Part shown: piece after piece, positions 46,818-56,966 of the stretch
Numbering within the stretch: the first letter of the stretch is position 1
Layout: every line of letters begins with the position of its first letter
From: Dehalococcoidia bacterium
GTDB taxonomy: Bacteria > Chloroflexota > Dehalococcoidia > UBA2979
Direction of reading: 5' to 3'
DNA: 64,000 nt
Assembly (NCBI GenBank): GCA_020634075.1
Contig: JACKCJ010000001.1
Location: forward strand, 10,887-74,886
Made by a program: the position numbers and the translations under genes
Notes under the pieces: model-generated
The model's database searches: none
What the model saw: only the letters and a program-made list of their open reading frames with translations
Told to the model about the DNA's origin: nothing

Positions 46818-47187
46818 CGTGCGTTCCCTCCTGCCGAGTCCCTGACGCGGTCCTCGCAGCCTGCCGCGCTTCGGCGGCTCAGCTGGGGACGGCATCGGAC
46901 TCTCCGCGACCGGCCGGGACGCCTATGGACACCCGCGACAGAGCCGACCTGAGTGATGCCCGCCGTGGCGGCGGGTGCCCGGGCCGCGCTGTGCGCGCCG
47001 TGGGCCGGACGATGGAAGCACGCTCGGCGGATGGAGACCACCCCGCAGCCGTCGCGGACCGCCCGTCCCGGCGTGATCACCTCGGCACTACCCGATCTCC
47101 ACGGAAGGTCATCCCCCGATCGAGAGGATTCCATCGCTGCGGATTCCCGCGGCACTGGTGCCTGTCATTCGACTGGCAGGAGCGAGC

Positions 47188-48222
47188 ATGGCTCACCCCG
47201 ATCCACTGCTACTGGCGCTCGCGGCGGGACACGCCGTCACCGGCGAGCGTGATAGCCGAGGCCTGGTCGACTCGGCGGTCGAGCACCGCATGACCGGGCT
47301 GCTCTGGAGCGCCGTGGAGCGGGGCGAGGTCGTGCTCTCTCCGGACGAACGCCAGCGTCTGTCCGTGGTGGACATGGCGAACCGCCTCCGCGAGCAGCAG
47401 ATCGAGCGCGCGCTCGTCGAAGCGGTGCGCCGGGCCCGAGGGCTCGGGATCGAGCTCGTGACGTTCAAGGGCGTCACCGCCGCGCGCCGCTGGTACGACC
47501 GCCCCGGGGAGCGCCCCACGTCGGACCTGGACCTGCTGGTCGCTCCGCATGACCGCGCGCGCTACGCCGAGATCGTCCGCGCGCTGAATCCGACGAATGA
47601 CCTCCTGCGCGATCTCACTCCGGAGGAGCTGCTGGATTGGGCCGTCCGCGACCAGGCGATGAACGTCCGCCTGGAGGCGGACCTCGGCGCTCAAACGTGG
47701 TCCGGTCAGCCGGTGACGATCGATCTGCACGTGGACCTGCTGAAGTACGGCATCCCCGGGCGGCAGGCCGAGGAGATCTGGGCACACACGCATCTCTTCG
47801 AGCTCGACGGGGGCGAGACCGTCCGGGTGCTCGATGCGGAGGTCGCGCTCGTCCACCTCCTGCTCCACATGAACCGCGACCGCTTCGCATACCTGATCGC
47901 GTACGCGGACGTGGCGCGCCTCCTGCGGCGCGAGCCGATCGACTGGCAGTACGTGCACCAGTTCGTCGCGCGCGAGGGGCTCGACGTCCCGGTGTATGCG
48001 TCGCTGGATGCCGTCACGCAGAGCCTCGGGATCACCGTGCCGGCGCATCCACCGATCGGTGGATGGCGGGCCCTGCTCTGGAAGCGCCTGTGGAGTCCGC
48101 GCGTGCGGCTCCAGGGCCTCGAGGGGCGGAAGGGGATCCGCCGGCGCCGCCGCTGGCTCCCCGTCATGGCGCGAGGTCGCGCGATCGAGGGCATGAGCGC
48201 CTGGATCCGCGGGACGAGCTGA
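47188..48222 (+). CDS. uncharacterised nucleotidyltransferase family protein (NTP_transf_5-like)
   Basis: ...ELVTFKGVTAARRWYDRPGERPTSDLDLLV... matches the KG..Y..R...DiDlLV pattern of that family. ATG at 47188 follows GGAG. Confidence 0.75.
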   Translation: MAHPDPLLLALAAGHAVTGERDSRGLVDSAVEHRMTGLLWSAVERGEVVLSPDERQRLSVVDMANRLREQQIERALVEAVRRARGLGIELVTFKGVTAARRWYDRPGERPTSDLDLLVAPHDRARYAEIVRALNPTNDLLRDLTPEELLDWAVRDQAMNVRLEADLGAQTWSGQPVTIDLHVDLLKYGIPGRQAEEIWAHTHLFELDGGETVRVLDAEVALVHLLLHMNRDRFAYLIAYADVARLLRREPIDWQYVHQFVAREGLDVPVYASLDAVTQSLGITVPAHPPIGGWRALLWKRLWSPRVRLQGLEGRKGIRRRRRWLPVMARGRAIEGMSAWIRGTS

Positions 48223-48224
48223 CC

Positions 48225-48695
48225 GTGGTCAGAGAGGCGTCGGCAGGGATCCCGCCGGCTGCGGCCCCCCTGCTCCAGCGACGCGTTGCGCTGCGGCCGA
48301 CGTGGCTCCCGGTCATGGGCGAATCGATGGGACGCACCATCCGCGGAGGGAGCGACGTGCTCGTCGCAGCTGCGGAGGAGCCCCGCTTCGGAGAGGTCTG
48401 GGCCTTCTGCAACGCCGCAGGCGTGCTGGTGGTCCACCGCTTCGCGCGGTGCCGGCAGGGTGCGTACTACTTCCAGGGCGACGCCCACTGGCCCGATCCA
48501 CCGGTACCTCGTGCCTGGCTCGTCGGCCGCGTCCTCCGCGTCCGCTCCGGTGGCCGTGAGCGCTCCCTGGGGGGACGTGATCGCCTCGTGGGCGGCCTGC
48601 GGCTGCTGCTGCGCCGGAACGCCCGCGCGCTCGCTCGCCGTCTCGGGCTACGTCGCGTGCGTGACTCCGCGAGGGCGTTCATCCAGCGCAGATAG
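48225..48695 (+). CDS. S24/S26-like (signal-peptidase-like) serine peptidase
   Basis: PVMGESMGRTIRGGSDVLV resembles the GxSMxPT nucleophile box. VVHRFARCRQGAYYFQGD aligns by eye to the ..KRvxGlPGD box with His in place of Lys. GTG starts 3 nt after the upstream stop. Confidence 0.65.
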   Translation: MVREASAGIPPAAAPLLQRRVALRPTWLPVMGESMGRTIRGGSDVLVAAAEEPRFGEVWAFCNAAGVLVVHRFARCRQGAYYFQGDAHWPDPPVPRAWLVGRVLRVRSGGRERSLGGRDRLVGGLRLLLRRNARALARRLGLRRVRDSARAFIQRR

Positions 48696-48747
48696 CCGCC
48701 CCGGCCCGACGCCCGCCCCGGAGGCGTACTGCGGTTCCGCCGCGCAT

Positions 48748-48790
48748 TTCTCCCGAATCATCACGTTTTCTCGACAGCATCTCGGGAGAA
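48748..48790 (+). promoter_or_regulatory. 9-bp perfect inverted repeat flanking an AT-richer spacer, upstream of the small ORF
   Basis: TTCTCCCGA (48748-48756) and TCGGGAGAA (48782-48790) are separated by 25 nt (aatcatcacgttttctcgacagcatc). Confidence 0.35.
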
Positions 48791-48827
48791 TCCGCGCAGC
48801 GGTGTCGGAGGGCGTCAGGAGATCCGA

Positions 48828-48944
48828 GTGACGTACGAGCAGCCGAAGATCGTGGACCGCACCAGCGTGGTCGGTCAGCTGAACCTGGGCAGTGGCAACT
48901 ACACCCAGTCGAAGCGCGGCGGCCGGAGGGGCGGCCGCCGCTAA
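48828..48944 (+). CDS. candidate RiPP precursor peptide (38 aa), unannotated small ORF
   Basis: AGGAGA-N5-GTG. Translates to MTYEQPKIVDRTSVVGQLNLGSGNYTQSKRGGRRGGRR. 36 of 38 codons end in G/C, like bona fide genes here. A 12-bp hairpin follows. Located between the peptidase and kinase genes. Confidence 0.5.
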   Translation: MTYEQPKIVDRTSVVGQLNLGSGNYTQSKRGGRRGGRR

Positions 48945-48966
48945 GCGCGGGGCCACCTGATTCAGC

Positions 48967-48998
48967 GGGAGCCGGTCTTCCTCGGGAGACCGGCTCCC
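48967..48998 (+). terminator. strong stem-loop after the small ORF (attenuator/processing hairpin; no U-tract)
   Basis: Perfect 12-bp stem GGGAGCCGGTCT/AGACCGGCTCCC with an 8-nt loop, 22 nt after the TAA. Confidence 0.5.
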
Positions 48999-49065
48999 TC
49001 CTCTACCGAAGCCGGGACCTGCCGACTCCCGGCTGATGCACGCAACCGGACGGAGACACTGACGC

Positions 49066-50007
49066 ATGCACGGACGAGTCCTGCTGCTCGCGGATGTCCC
49101 GACGGAGCTCATCGCCGCGACCGAAGCCCACGCGGGGGCGTTGGAGCTGATGTTCGCCGCGCTCCCCTCGACGGACGCGACACCGTGGGCACGCATTGAC
49201 TTCGCGCCCGGGCACATCGACCTGCCTGCCCGGCCGTGCGACGAATCCCTCGGCGACCTGCAGTGCTGGCATGAGCCTGGCGGCGTGGTCGTGGAGCACG
49301 TCTCCGGAATGACTGCGCGCGTCCACGATGGGACCGCCACGATCCGGGGCGACGGAGCCGACCTCGCGCTCGTCCTCCGGTGGATCTGCCAGCCCGTCCT
49401 TGCCTACCTCCTTGCCCCCTTCGACCGGTTCTTGCTCCACGCCGGCGCGGTCGGCCGCGAGGGACGCGCGCTGGTGCTGCTCGGCCAGACCGGCAGCGGG
49501 AAGTCCACGTCCACCTACGCGGCGCTCCGCGCGGGATGGGACGTGCTCGGCGACGACCACGTGGTCCTCCGCCGCGGGAGCAGCGGCATCGAGGTCACCG
49601 GCATCCCGAAGCCGCTCTCCGTGCCCGGCGAAGTCGCGGCCGACCTCCCCCACGGTGCGCGGCGGATGCACGACGTGCGCGACCGCTGGGAGCTCCCCGC
49701 CGACGTCATCGCGACGGGCTGGTGGCAGCTCTCGAGCGCCGTCGCCGTCCGCCACGCGGACTCCCTCGGTGGCGAGGTCGAGCCCGTCGACCGCCTGCGG
49801 CTGCTGCGCGAGATCATCGCCGCGTTCCCGGCCTCGGGCTCACGAGAGCCGCTGGGGCGGTTCATGCCGCTCGCCGGGGAGCTGAGTCGGCTTTCCCACA
49901 GTGAGCTACGGCTGGGCCGCGATCCTGGTCAGCGTGTAGAGCGGGCGCCCGCCCTGCTGGAGCGCATCCTGGCGATGGGCGTCGACCCGTTCGCCGAGGT
50001 CCGCTAA
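49066..50007 (+). CDS. HPr kinase/phosphorylase-related P-loop kinase
   Basis: LHAGAVGREGRALVLLGQTGSGKSTSTYAALRAGWDVLGDDHVVL parallels the HprK C-terminal domain (H-G-v..., GxSGxGKS, ..ADD). 313 aa. Confidence 0.78.
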   Translation: MHGRVLLLADVPTELIAATEAHAGALELMFAALPSTDATPWARIDFAPGHIDLPARPCDESLGDLQCWHEPGGVVVEHVSGMTARVHDGTATIRGDGADLALVLRWICQPVLAYLLAPFDRFLLHAGAVGREGRALVLLGQTGSGKSTSTYAALRAGWDVLGDDHVVLRRGSSGIEVTGIPKPLSVPGEVAADLPHGARRMHDVRDRWELPADVIATGWWQLSSAVAVRHADSLGGEVEPVDRLRLLREIIAAFPASGSREPLGRFMPLAGELSRLSHSELRLGRDPGQRVERAPALLERILAMGVDPFAEVR

Positions 50008-50078
50008 CCGCTCCCCGGCGTCCTTCGGCTCGACCGCAGTCAGCGTGAGCCCCGCCATCCCCTGGCGGCCGGCACGAC

Positions 50079-50906
50079 TTAGAAGCTGCTGAGCGTCCCG
50101 GAGATCCGGCCCCACCGCAGCGCCTTGGTCAGCGCCCACATCGAGAGCGGCAGCAGGACGGCCGCCATGACGGCCAGCACCAGCATCTCGTCCCAGGCCG
50201 ACAGCGGATCGTCCGTCAGGAGCGCCGCGCGAAGACCCTCGATGGCGTAGTAGGACGGCAGCATCCTCCCCACGAACTGGAGAGGCAGCGGGAGCAGCGC
50301 GATGGGGAACACCGCGCCGGCGAACAGCGTGGTCGCGGCGCGGATCAGCGGCGTGACGGGCTCGCCGCGCTTGGTTACCACGATGAATGCGGCGGACAGG
50401 ATGCCGATGCCGGCGAATGCGGCGACGTCCAACGCCGCGACCGGGATCGCCACCAGGAGCCCCGTCGCGGAGAACTCGGCGCCGAAGAGCCCGACGCCAA
50501 GCGCGAGGTAGATCAACACCTCGACCACGGCGAAGCCCATCGGAAACAGCGACGCGCCCAGCAGGAGCACCCAGAGCGGAGTCGGCGTGCTCAGGATCGA
50601 GGCGAGCGTCCCCTCCGACTGCTCCCGGGAGATCATCGAGCTGAACATCTGCGAGCCCAGCGTCGCCAGCGTGGTGCCCACGAGGCCCACGAGCACGAAC
50701 TCGAAATAGCCACCGCCGTAGCCGCTCAGTTCCGGTGAGCCGTTCACGAGCTGGGCGATGTAGAAGTACGTCGCGACCGGGAAGACGATCGACAGCAACT
50801 GCATGAGCTGCCCGAAGTGGTACGAGAGCTCGATCTTCAGGTCCCGCCGCCCGAGGGCGACGACACGGTCACGGTTCGATGAACGGAGTGCCGGCAGCGC
50901 GCTCAT
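50079..50906 (-). CDS. ABC-2 type transporter permease
   Basis: 275 aa with six hydrophobic segments. ATGA overlap with the upstream ATPase gene. Confidence 0.85.
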   Translation of the reverse strand: MSALPALRSSNRDRVVALGRRDLKIELSYHFGQLMQLLSIVFPVATYFYIAQLVNGSPELSGYGGGYFEFVLVGLVGTTLATLGSQMFSSMISREQSEGTLASILSTPTPLWVLLLGASLFPMGFAVVEVLIYLALGVGLFGAEFSATGLLVAIPVAALDVAAFAGIGILSAAFIVVTKRGEPVTPLIRAATTLFAGAVFPIALLPLPLQFVGRMLPSYYAIEGLRAALLTDDPLSAWDEMLVLAVMAAVLLPLSMWALTKALRWGRISGTLSSF

Positions 50907-51667
50907 CGGGCGGCGCCTTCCAGCGCATGCAACAGGCCGGAGACACCGTCTTCGCGCGCCCGCAGCCCGGCGGCCGTGTCGGCGAGGACCACCTCGCCCT
51001 CGTTCACGACGACCACCCGGTCGCAGATCTTGAGGACCTCTCCGAGGTCGTGGCTGGAGAGGAGCACGGCGTGCCCCTCGTCCGCGAGACGGCGCACCAG
51101 GCGCCCGACCTCGAGGCTGACCAACGGGTCGAGGCTGCGTGTGGGCTCGTCGAGCAGGAGCAGCGGGGGGTTGGCGATCAGGGCGCGAGCGACGTGCAGA
51201 CGCGTGATCATTCCCGATGAGTAGCCGAAGACCATGCGGTCGCGCCGTGCGAGGTCAGCCTGGCGCATGAGCTCATCCGCCCGCGCCCGGGCCTCCTCCC
51301 GCGGCAGCCCGGCCAGCACGCCGAACAGCGTGAGGTTCTCCATCCCCGTCAGCCGCCAGTAGAAGCCGCGGTCATCGGCGATGACGAGGCCGAGGCGACG
51401 GCGGGCCTCGAGCGACTCCGCGACGACGTCGAAGCCGTCCACGCGCACGCTCCCCGAAGATGGCTCGAGGAGCCCGGCGATGATGTGGAGGAGCGTCGTC
51501 TTGCCGGCCCCGTTGGCCCCGACGAGGCCGACGACCTCACCGCGCCCGGCGCTGAGCGAGACATCGGTGAGCGCCTGGACGGTCCTCGGGGACGCGACGC
51601 GGCTCAGGAGTCGCAACAGCCTCGGCGGTGGTTCGAAGCGCTTCGAGACGTGCTCGACCTCAAGCAT
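50903..51667 (-). CDS. ABC transporter ATP-binding protein
   Basis: Walker A GANGAGKTT, signature YSSGM, Walker B LLLLDEP. Confidence 0.92.
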   Translation of the reverse strand: MLEVEHVSKRFEPPPRLLRLLSRVASPRTVQALTDVSLSAGRGEVVGLVGANGAGKTTLLHIIAGLLEPSSGSVRVDGFDVVAESLEARRRLGLVIADDRGFYWRLTGMENLTLFGVLAGLPREEARARADELMRQADLARRDRMVFGYSSGMITRLHVARALIANPPLLLLDEPTRSLDPLVSLEVGRLVRRLADEGHAVLLSSHDLGEVLKICDRVVVVNEGEVVLADTAAGLRAREDGVSGLLHALEGAAR

Positions 51668-51929
51668 CGGTCTCCTGCACGAGTCCCTGTTCGCGCAGGC
51701 TCTCGAGGAATGCGTCGATGTCGCGTTCGAGGTCCTCGATGGTCACGTCGTCGAACCGAGGATGGAGCTGCGTGGCCAGGTCGTGCGCGCCGGCGCCGGA
51801 GTCGAGGAGTTCCCAGACCATCGTCCCGACCGTATTCAGCGAGATGAGCTCGGAGCCATCCGGCGAGACGAGCATCGCCCGCCCATCGACGGCCTCATGG
51901 ATGACATCAGGCGAACGGCGCACGGCCAT
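51660..51929 (-). CDS. PqqD family protein (RiPP recognition element-like)
   Basis: 89 aa. ..HEAVDGRAMLVSPDGSELISLNTVGTMVWELLD... is the typical PqqD fold pattern. 8-nt overlap with the ABC ATPase gene. Confidence 0.82.
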   Translation of the reverse strand: MAVRRSPDVIHEAVDGRAMLVSPDGSELISLNTVGTMVWELLDSGAGAHDLATQLHPRFDDVTIEDLERDIDAFLESLREQGLVQETDA

Positions 51930-51984
51930 AGTGCCTCCCGGACCCGCAGCGAACTCGGTGCCTCTGCACCGTCATTGACGCTGA

Positions 51985-54564
<2,580 letters not shown>

Positions 54565-54587
54565 GGCCAGCGAACCAGGACCTCAGA

Positions 54588-54623
54588 GGCACGCGTGCTC
54601 GCTTGAGTACGAGCACGCGTGCC
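54588..54623 (+). terminator. 14-bp perfect hairpin after katG (no U-tract)
   Basis: GGCACGCGTGCTCG-8 nt-CGAGCACGCGTGCC, starting 24 nt after the stop. Confidence 0.35.
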
Positions 54624-54679
54624 GGACCTGACGCTCCGCCCACTACCCCGCATCTGAGGCGACGAGGCGTCGCCCAACG

Positions 54680-54712
54680 CAGCCGCCGTTCACACGGCGG
54701 CTGTTTCGTGTG
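54680..54712 (+). terminator. intrinsic terminator
   Basis: CAGCCGCCG-ttcaca-CGGCGGCTG followed by TTTCGTGTG. Confidence 0.6.
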
Positions 54713-54891
54713 CGCGTGCTCCAACACACAGGACGCATTGGCGTGAACGCTCGCGCTCCCCGGGAGTGCTCCCTCAGAACGAACCATGGCGGCAGTACAG
54801 GTCGAGGGACGGTTCCCTCGATACCGCGTCCCATGCGCGCTTTCTGACTGTCTGCTGAATGCGCCCACCTTTCTGGCGGGCACAACGATCG

Positions 54892-54999
54892 CTCAACCGT
54901 TCCTCGATCGCGCAAGTCCAGTCTCCGCAACGTCGACTGCATCGCCGTTGAGCAGTGGTGGATCTCTCAACACCTTCAACGCTCGCTCAACGGCTCAAC
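54892..54999. repeat. clustered (C/T)TCAAC hexamer repeats upstream of flp
   Basis: CTCAAC at 54892, 54966, 54986 and 54994. TTCAAC at 54975. Inverted copy GTTGAG at 54947. The four 3'-most direct copies are 8-11 bp apart. Confidence 0.5.
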
Positions 55000-55147
55000 A
55001 GGTAGCGCAGTCGGCGGAAGCGGGGCGGCCATCGACAGACGTACGCGACAGATCTCCGGCGTGGACTCAGTTCCTCGCGCCATCCACGGAACGTCATTCA
55101 GTCATTCATCACCCGGGCACACCGGCCCATCGGAAGGAAACAACGAC

Positions 55148-55342
55148 ATGCAGTTCATCAAGCGCTTCATCGACCAGGTCCGCACCGCTGCTCCTCGCGA
55201 GGAGGGCCAGGGGACGGTCGAGTACATCATGGTCACCGGCCTCATCGTCGGCGCCGTCGTCGTCGCGGCGCAGACCCCGCTTGCGACGGCCGTCGGCACG
55301 TTCGTGACCGCCGCGGCCGCGAACATCACGAGCGCGCTCTAG
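55148..55342 (+). CDS. flp: Flp family type IVb pilin
   Basis: MQFIKRFIDQVRTAAPREEGQG/TVEYIMVTGLIVGAVVV has the G/xxxEY processing motif and a hydrophobic stretch. GGAAGGAAA precedes the ATG. Confidence 0.82.
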   Translation: MQFIKRFIDQVRTAAPREEGQGTVEYIMVTGLIVGAVVVAAQTPLATAVGTFVTAAAANITSAL

Positions 55343-55370
55343 GGCGCACGGGACGCTGGCGGGGACCATC

Positions 55371-55859
55371 ATGAGACGCGCACTTCAGCGGGTTCGACGA
55401 GACCAGGGACAGGCGGTCGTCGAGCTCGTCCTCATCCTGCCGCTCGTCCTCGTGCTGGTCTTCGCCATCGTCGAGTTCGGCGTCGCGCTGAATGCACGTC
55501 TCACCGTGCAGAACGCGGCGTCCGAGGGTGCTCGCTACGGGTCGCTGGGTTCCCCGCCCGGCGACGCCTCCTGCGCGGCCAACACCGCGCGAGGACGCGC
55601 CCTGAGCGCGAGTGGCGGGATGCTCGACTGCTCCGAGATCACGATCACCTACCCGGGCGGCGTCGGAAGTGCCACCCGCGGTGACGAGGTCGCGGTCCAC
55701 ATCAGCCACGAGTACACCGCCGTGACCCCCCTCGGCGGCCTGCTTCAGCTCATCGGTGCTGTCGGGTTCCCCGACACCCTCACCCTGAGCGCCTGCTCGA
55801 GTGGGCGGCTCGAGCAGGCGCCCTCACCCTCGGTCTCGCATGGAGGCTCGTCGTGCTAG
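55371..55859 (+). CDS. tadE: TadE-like pseudopilin/assembly protein
   Basis: GQAVVELVLILPLVLVLVFAIVEFG, the TadE N-terminal motif. Confidence 0.8.
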   Translation: MRRALQRVRRDQGQAVVELVLILPLVLVLVFAIVEFGVALNARLTVQNAASEGARYGSLGSPPGDASCAANTARGRALSASGGMLDCSEITITYPGGVGSATRGDEVAVHISHEYTAVTPLGGLLQLIGAVGFPDTLTLSACSSGRLEQAPSPSVSHGGSSC

Positions 55860-56947
55860 CCGCGTTCCGCGCGGCCGCGCGCGAGCTCTCCGTGCGGGTC
55901 CGGCAGACCGGCGGACAGACCACGCTGTTCCTGGTCCTGTTCCTCTTCCTGTTCGGGGCGCTTGGGGCGGCCGTCGTCGACGTCGGCCTCCTCATCAACG
56001 CTCGCCGCGAGGCGCAGTCCGACGCCGACCGAGCAGCGCTCGCCGGCACGCTCGAGCTCTCGCTTTCCGCGAATCCCAGCGTGCAGGCGGCGGACGAGGC
56101 GGCAGCGATCACCAAGGCAACCGCCTGGGCGGAGAAGAACGGCGTCCCCGCGGGCGCCGGGCTCACGGTCTCCACGGTGCGGACGTGCTTCTCCGGTGCC
56201 GGCGGCGACGACGGACAGGCGACGGGGATCCAGGTCACCGTGGACCGCACACCGCCGTCGATCTTCCTCGGCGCGCTGGGGCTCACCAACTGGAACGTCA
56301 GTGCGACGGCGGTCTCGTGCGGATTCGGGCGAGACATCGCGGTGGTGATCGACCGCTCCGGGTCGATGTGCCAGGACTCGCACGGGATGACGCTCTATTG
56401 CCCCGACCCGCCCCCGGCGTGGGACCCGTTCTCGTCCGTGCAGGCGGCGGCCCTGAGCTTCGCCGGCAACTTCTCGCCGACGTACGACCAGCTGGCCCTC
56501 GTCTCGTACTCCTCGACGGCGTCCGTCGACGAGCCGCTGGGCAACTCGTTCGGTCCGGGGAGCGACTTCGAAGATGCCGTCGATGCGATGCATCCCGGCG
56601 GCTACACGAACATCGGCGACGCGATCTCCCTCGCGCGGCAGCAGCTCACCGGCTCTGCCGCCCGGTCCGACGCTGCCCACGTCCTCGTCCTGCTGACCGA
56701 TGGCGTCCCCAACCTGCCCGACAACACCACCACCGGTCAGACGTACGCCGAGACGCAGGCACAGCTCGCGGCCGACGACGGAATCCTGATCTACGTCATC
56801 GGGCTCGGTGACGGCGTCGACGGCGACTTCCTCCAGGGAATCGCCTCCATCGGCGGCGGCATCTACCTCAACGCCCCCGAGGCATCCGACCTCCAGGGCG
56901 CCTTCCAGACCATCGCAGACCTCGCCCAGCCCCGGCTGACGCGGTAG
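55853..56947 (+). CDS. tadG: TadG-like pilus assembly protein with von Willebrand factor A domain
   Basis: N-terminal TM segment with GGQTTLFLVLFLFLFG. vWA MIDAS motif VVIDRSGSM and ..LLTDGVPN.. Confidence 0.8.
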   Translation: MLAAFRAAARELSVRVRQTGGQTTLFLVLFLFLFGALGAAVVDVGLLINARREAQSDADRAALAGTLELSLSANPSVQAADEAAAITKATAWAEKNGVPAGAGLTVSTVRTCFSGAGGDDGQATGIQVTVDRTPPSIFLGALGLTNWNVSATAVSCGFGRDIAVVIDRSGSMCQDSHGMTLYCPDPPPAWDPFSSVQAAALSFAGNFSPTYDQLALVSYSSTASVDEPLGNSFGPGSDFEDAVDAMHPGGYTNIGDAISLARQQLTGSAARSDAAHVLVLLTDGVPNLPDNTTTGQTYAETQAQLAADDGILIYVIGLGDGVDGDFLQGIASIGGGIYLNAPEASDLQGAFQTIADLAQPRLTR

Positions 56948-56966
56948 CGCACGAGCGGAGCGCATT

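Noticed and set aside
47188-51929. Calling the cluster a classical lasso-peptide gene cluster
   Set aside because: No asparagine-synthetase-like macrolactam synthetase and no transglutaminase-like B2 protease are present in the window. The candidate peptide also lacks the Thr(-2)/Gly(+1) arrangement at lasso spacing from the YxxPxI motif.
54786-55307. 173-aa ORF (+) spanning the katG-flp spacer and overlapping flp
   Set aside because: It overlaps the well-supported flp gene out of frame. It has Ser/Ala/Arg-rich low complexity and lies in a lower-GC regulatory region.
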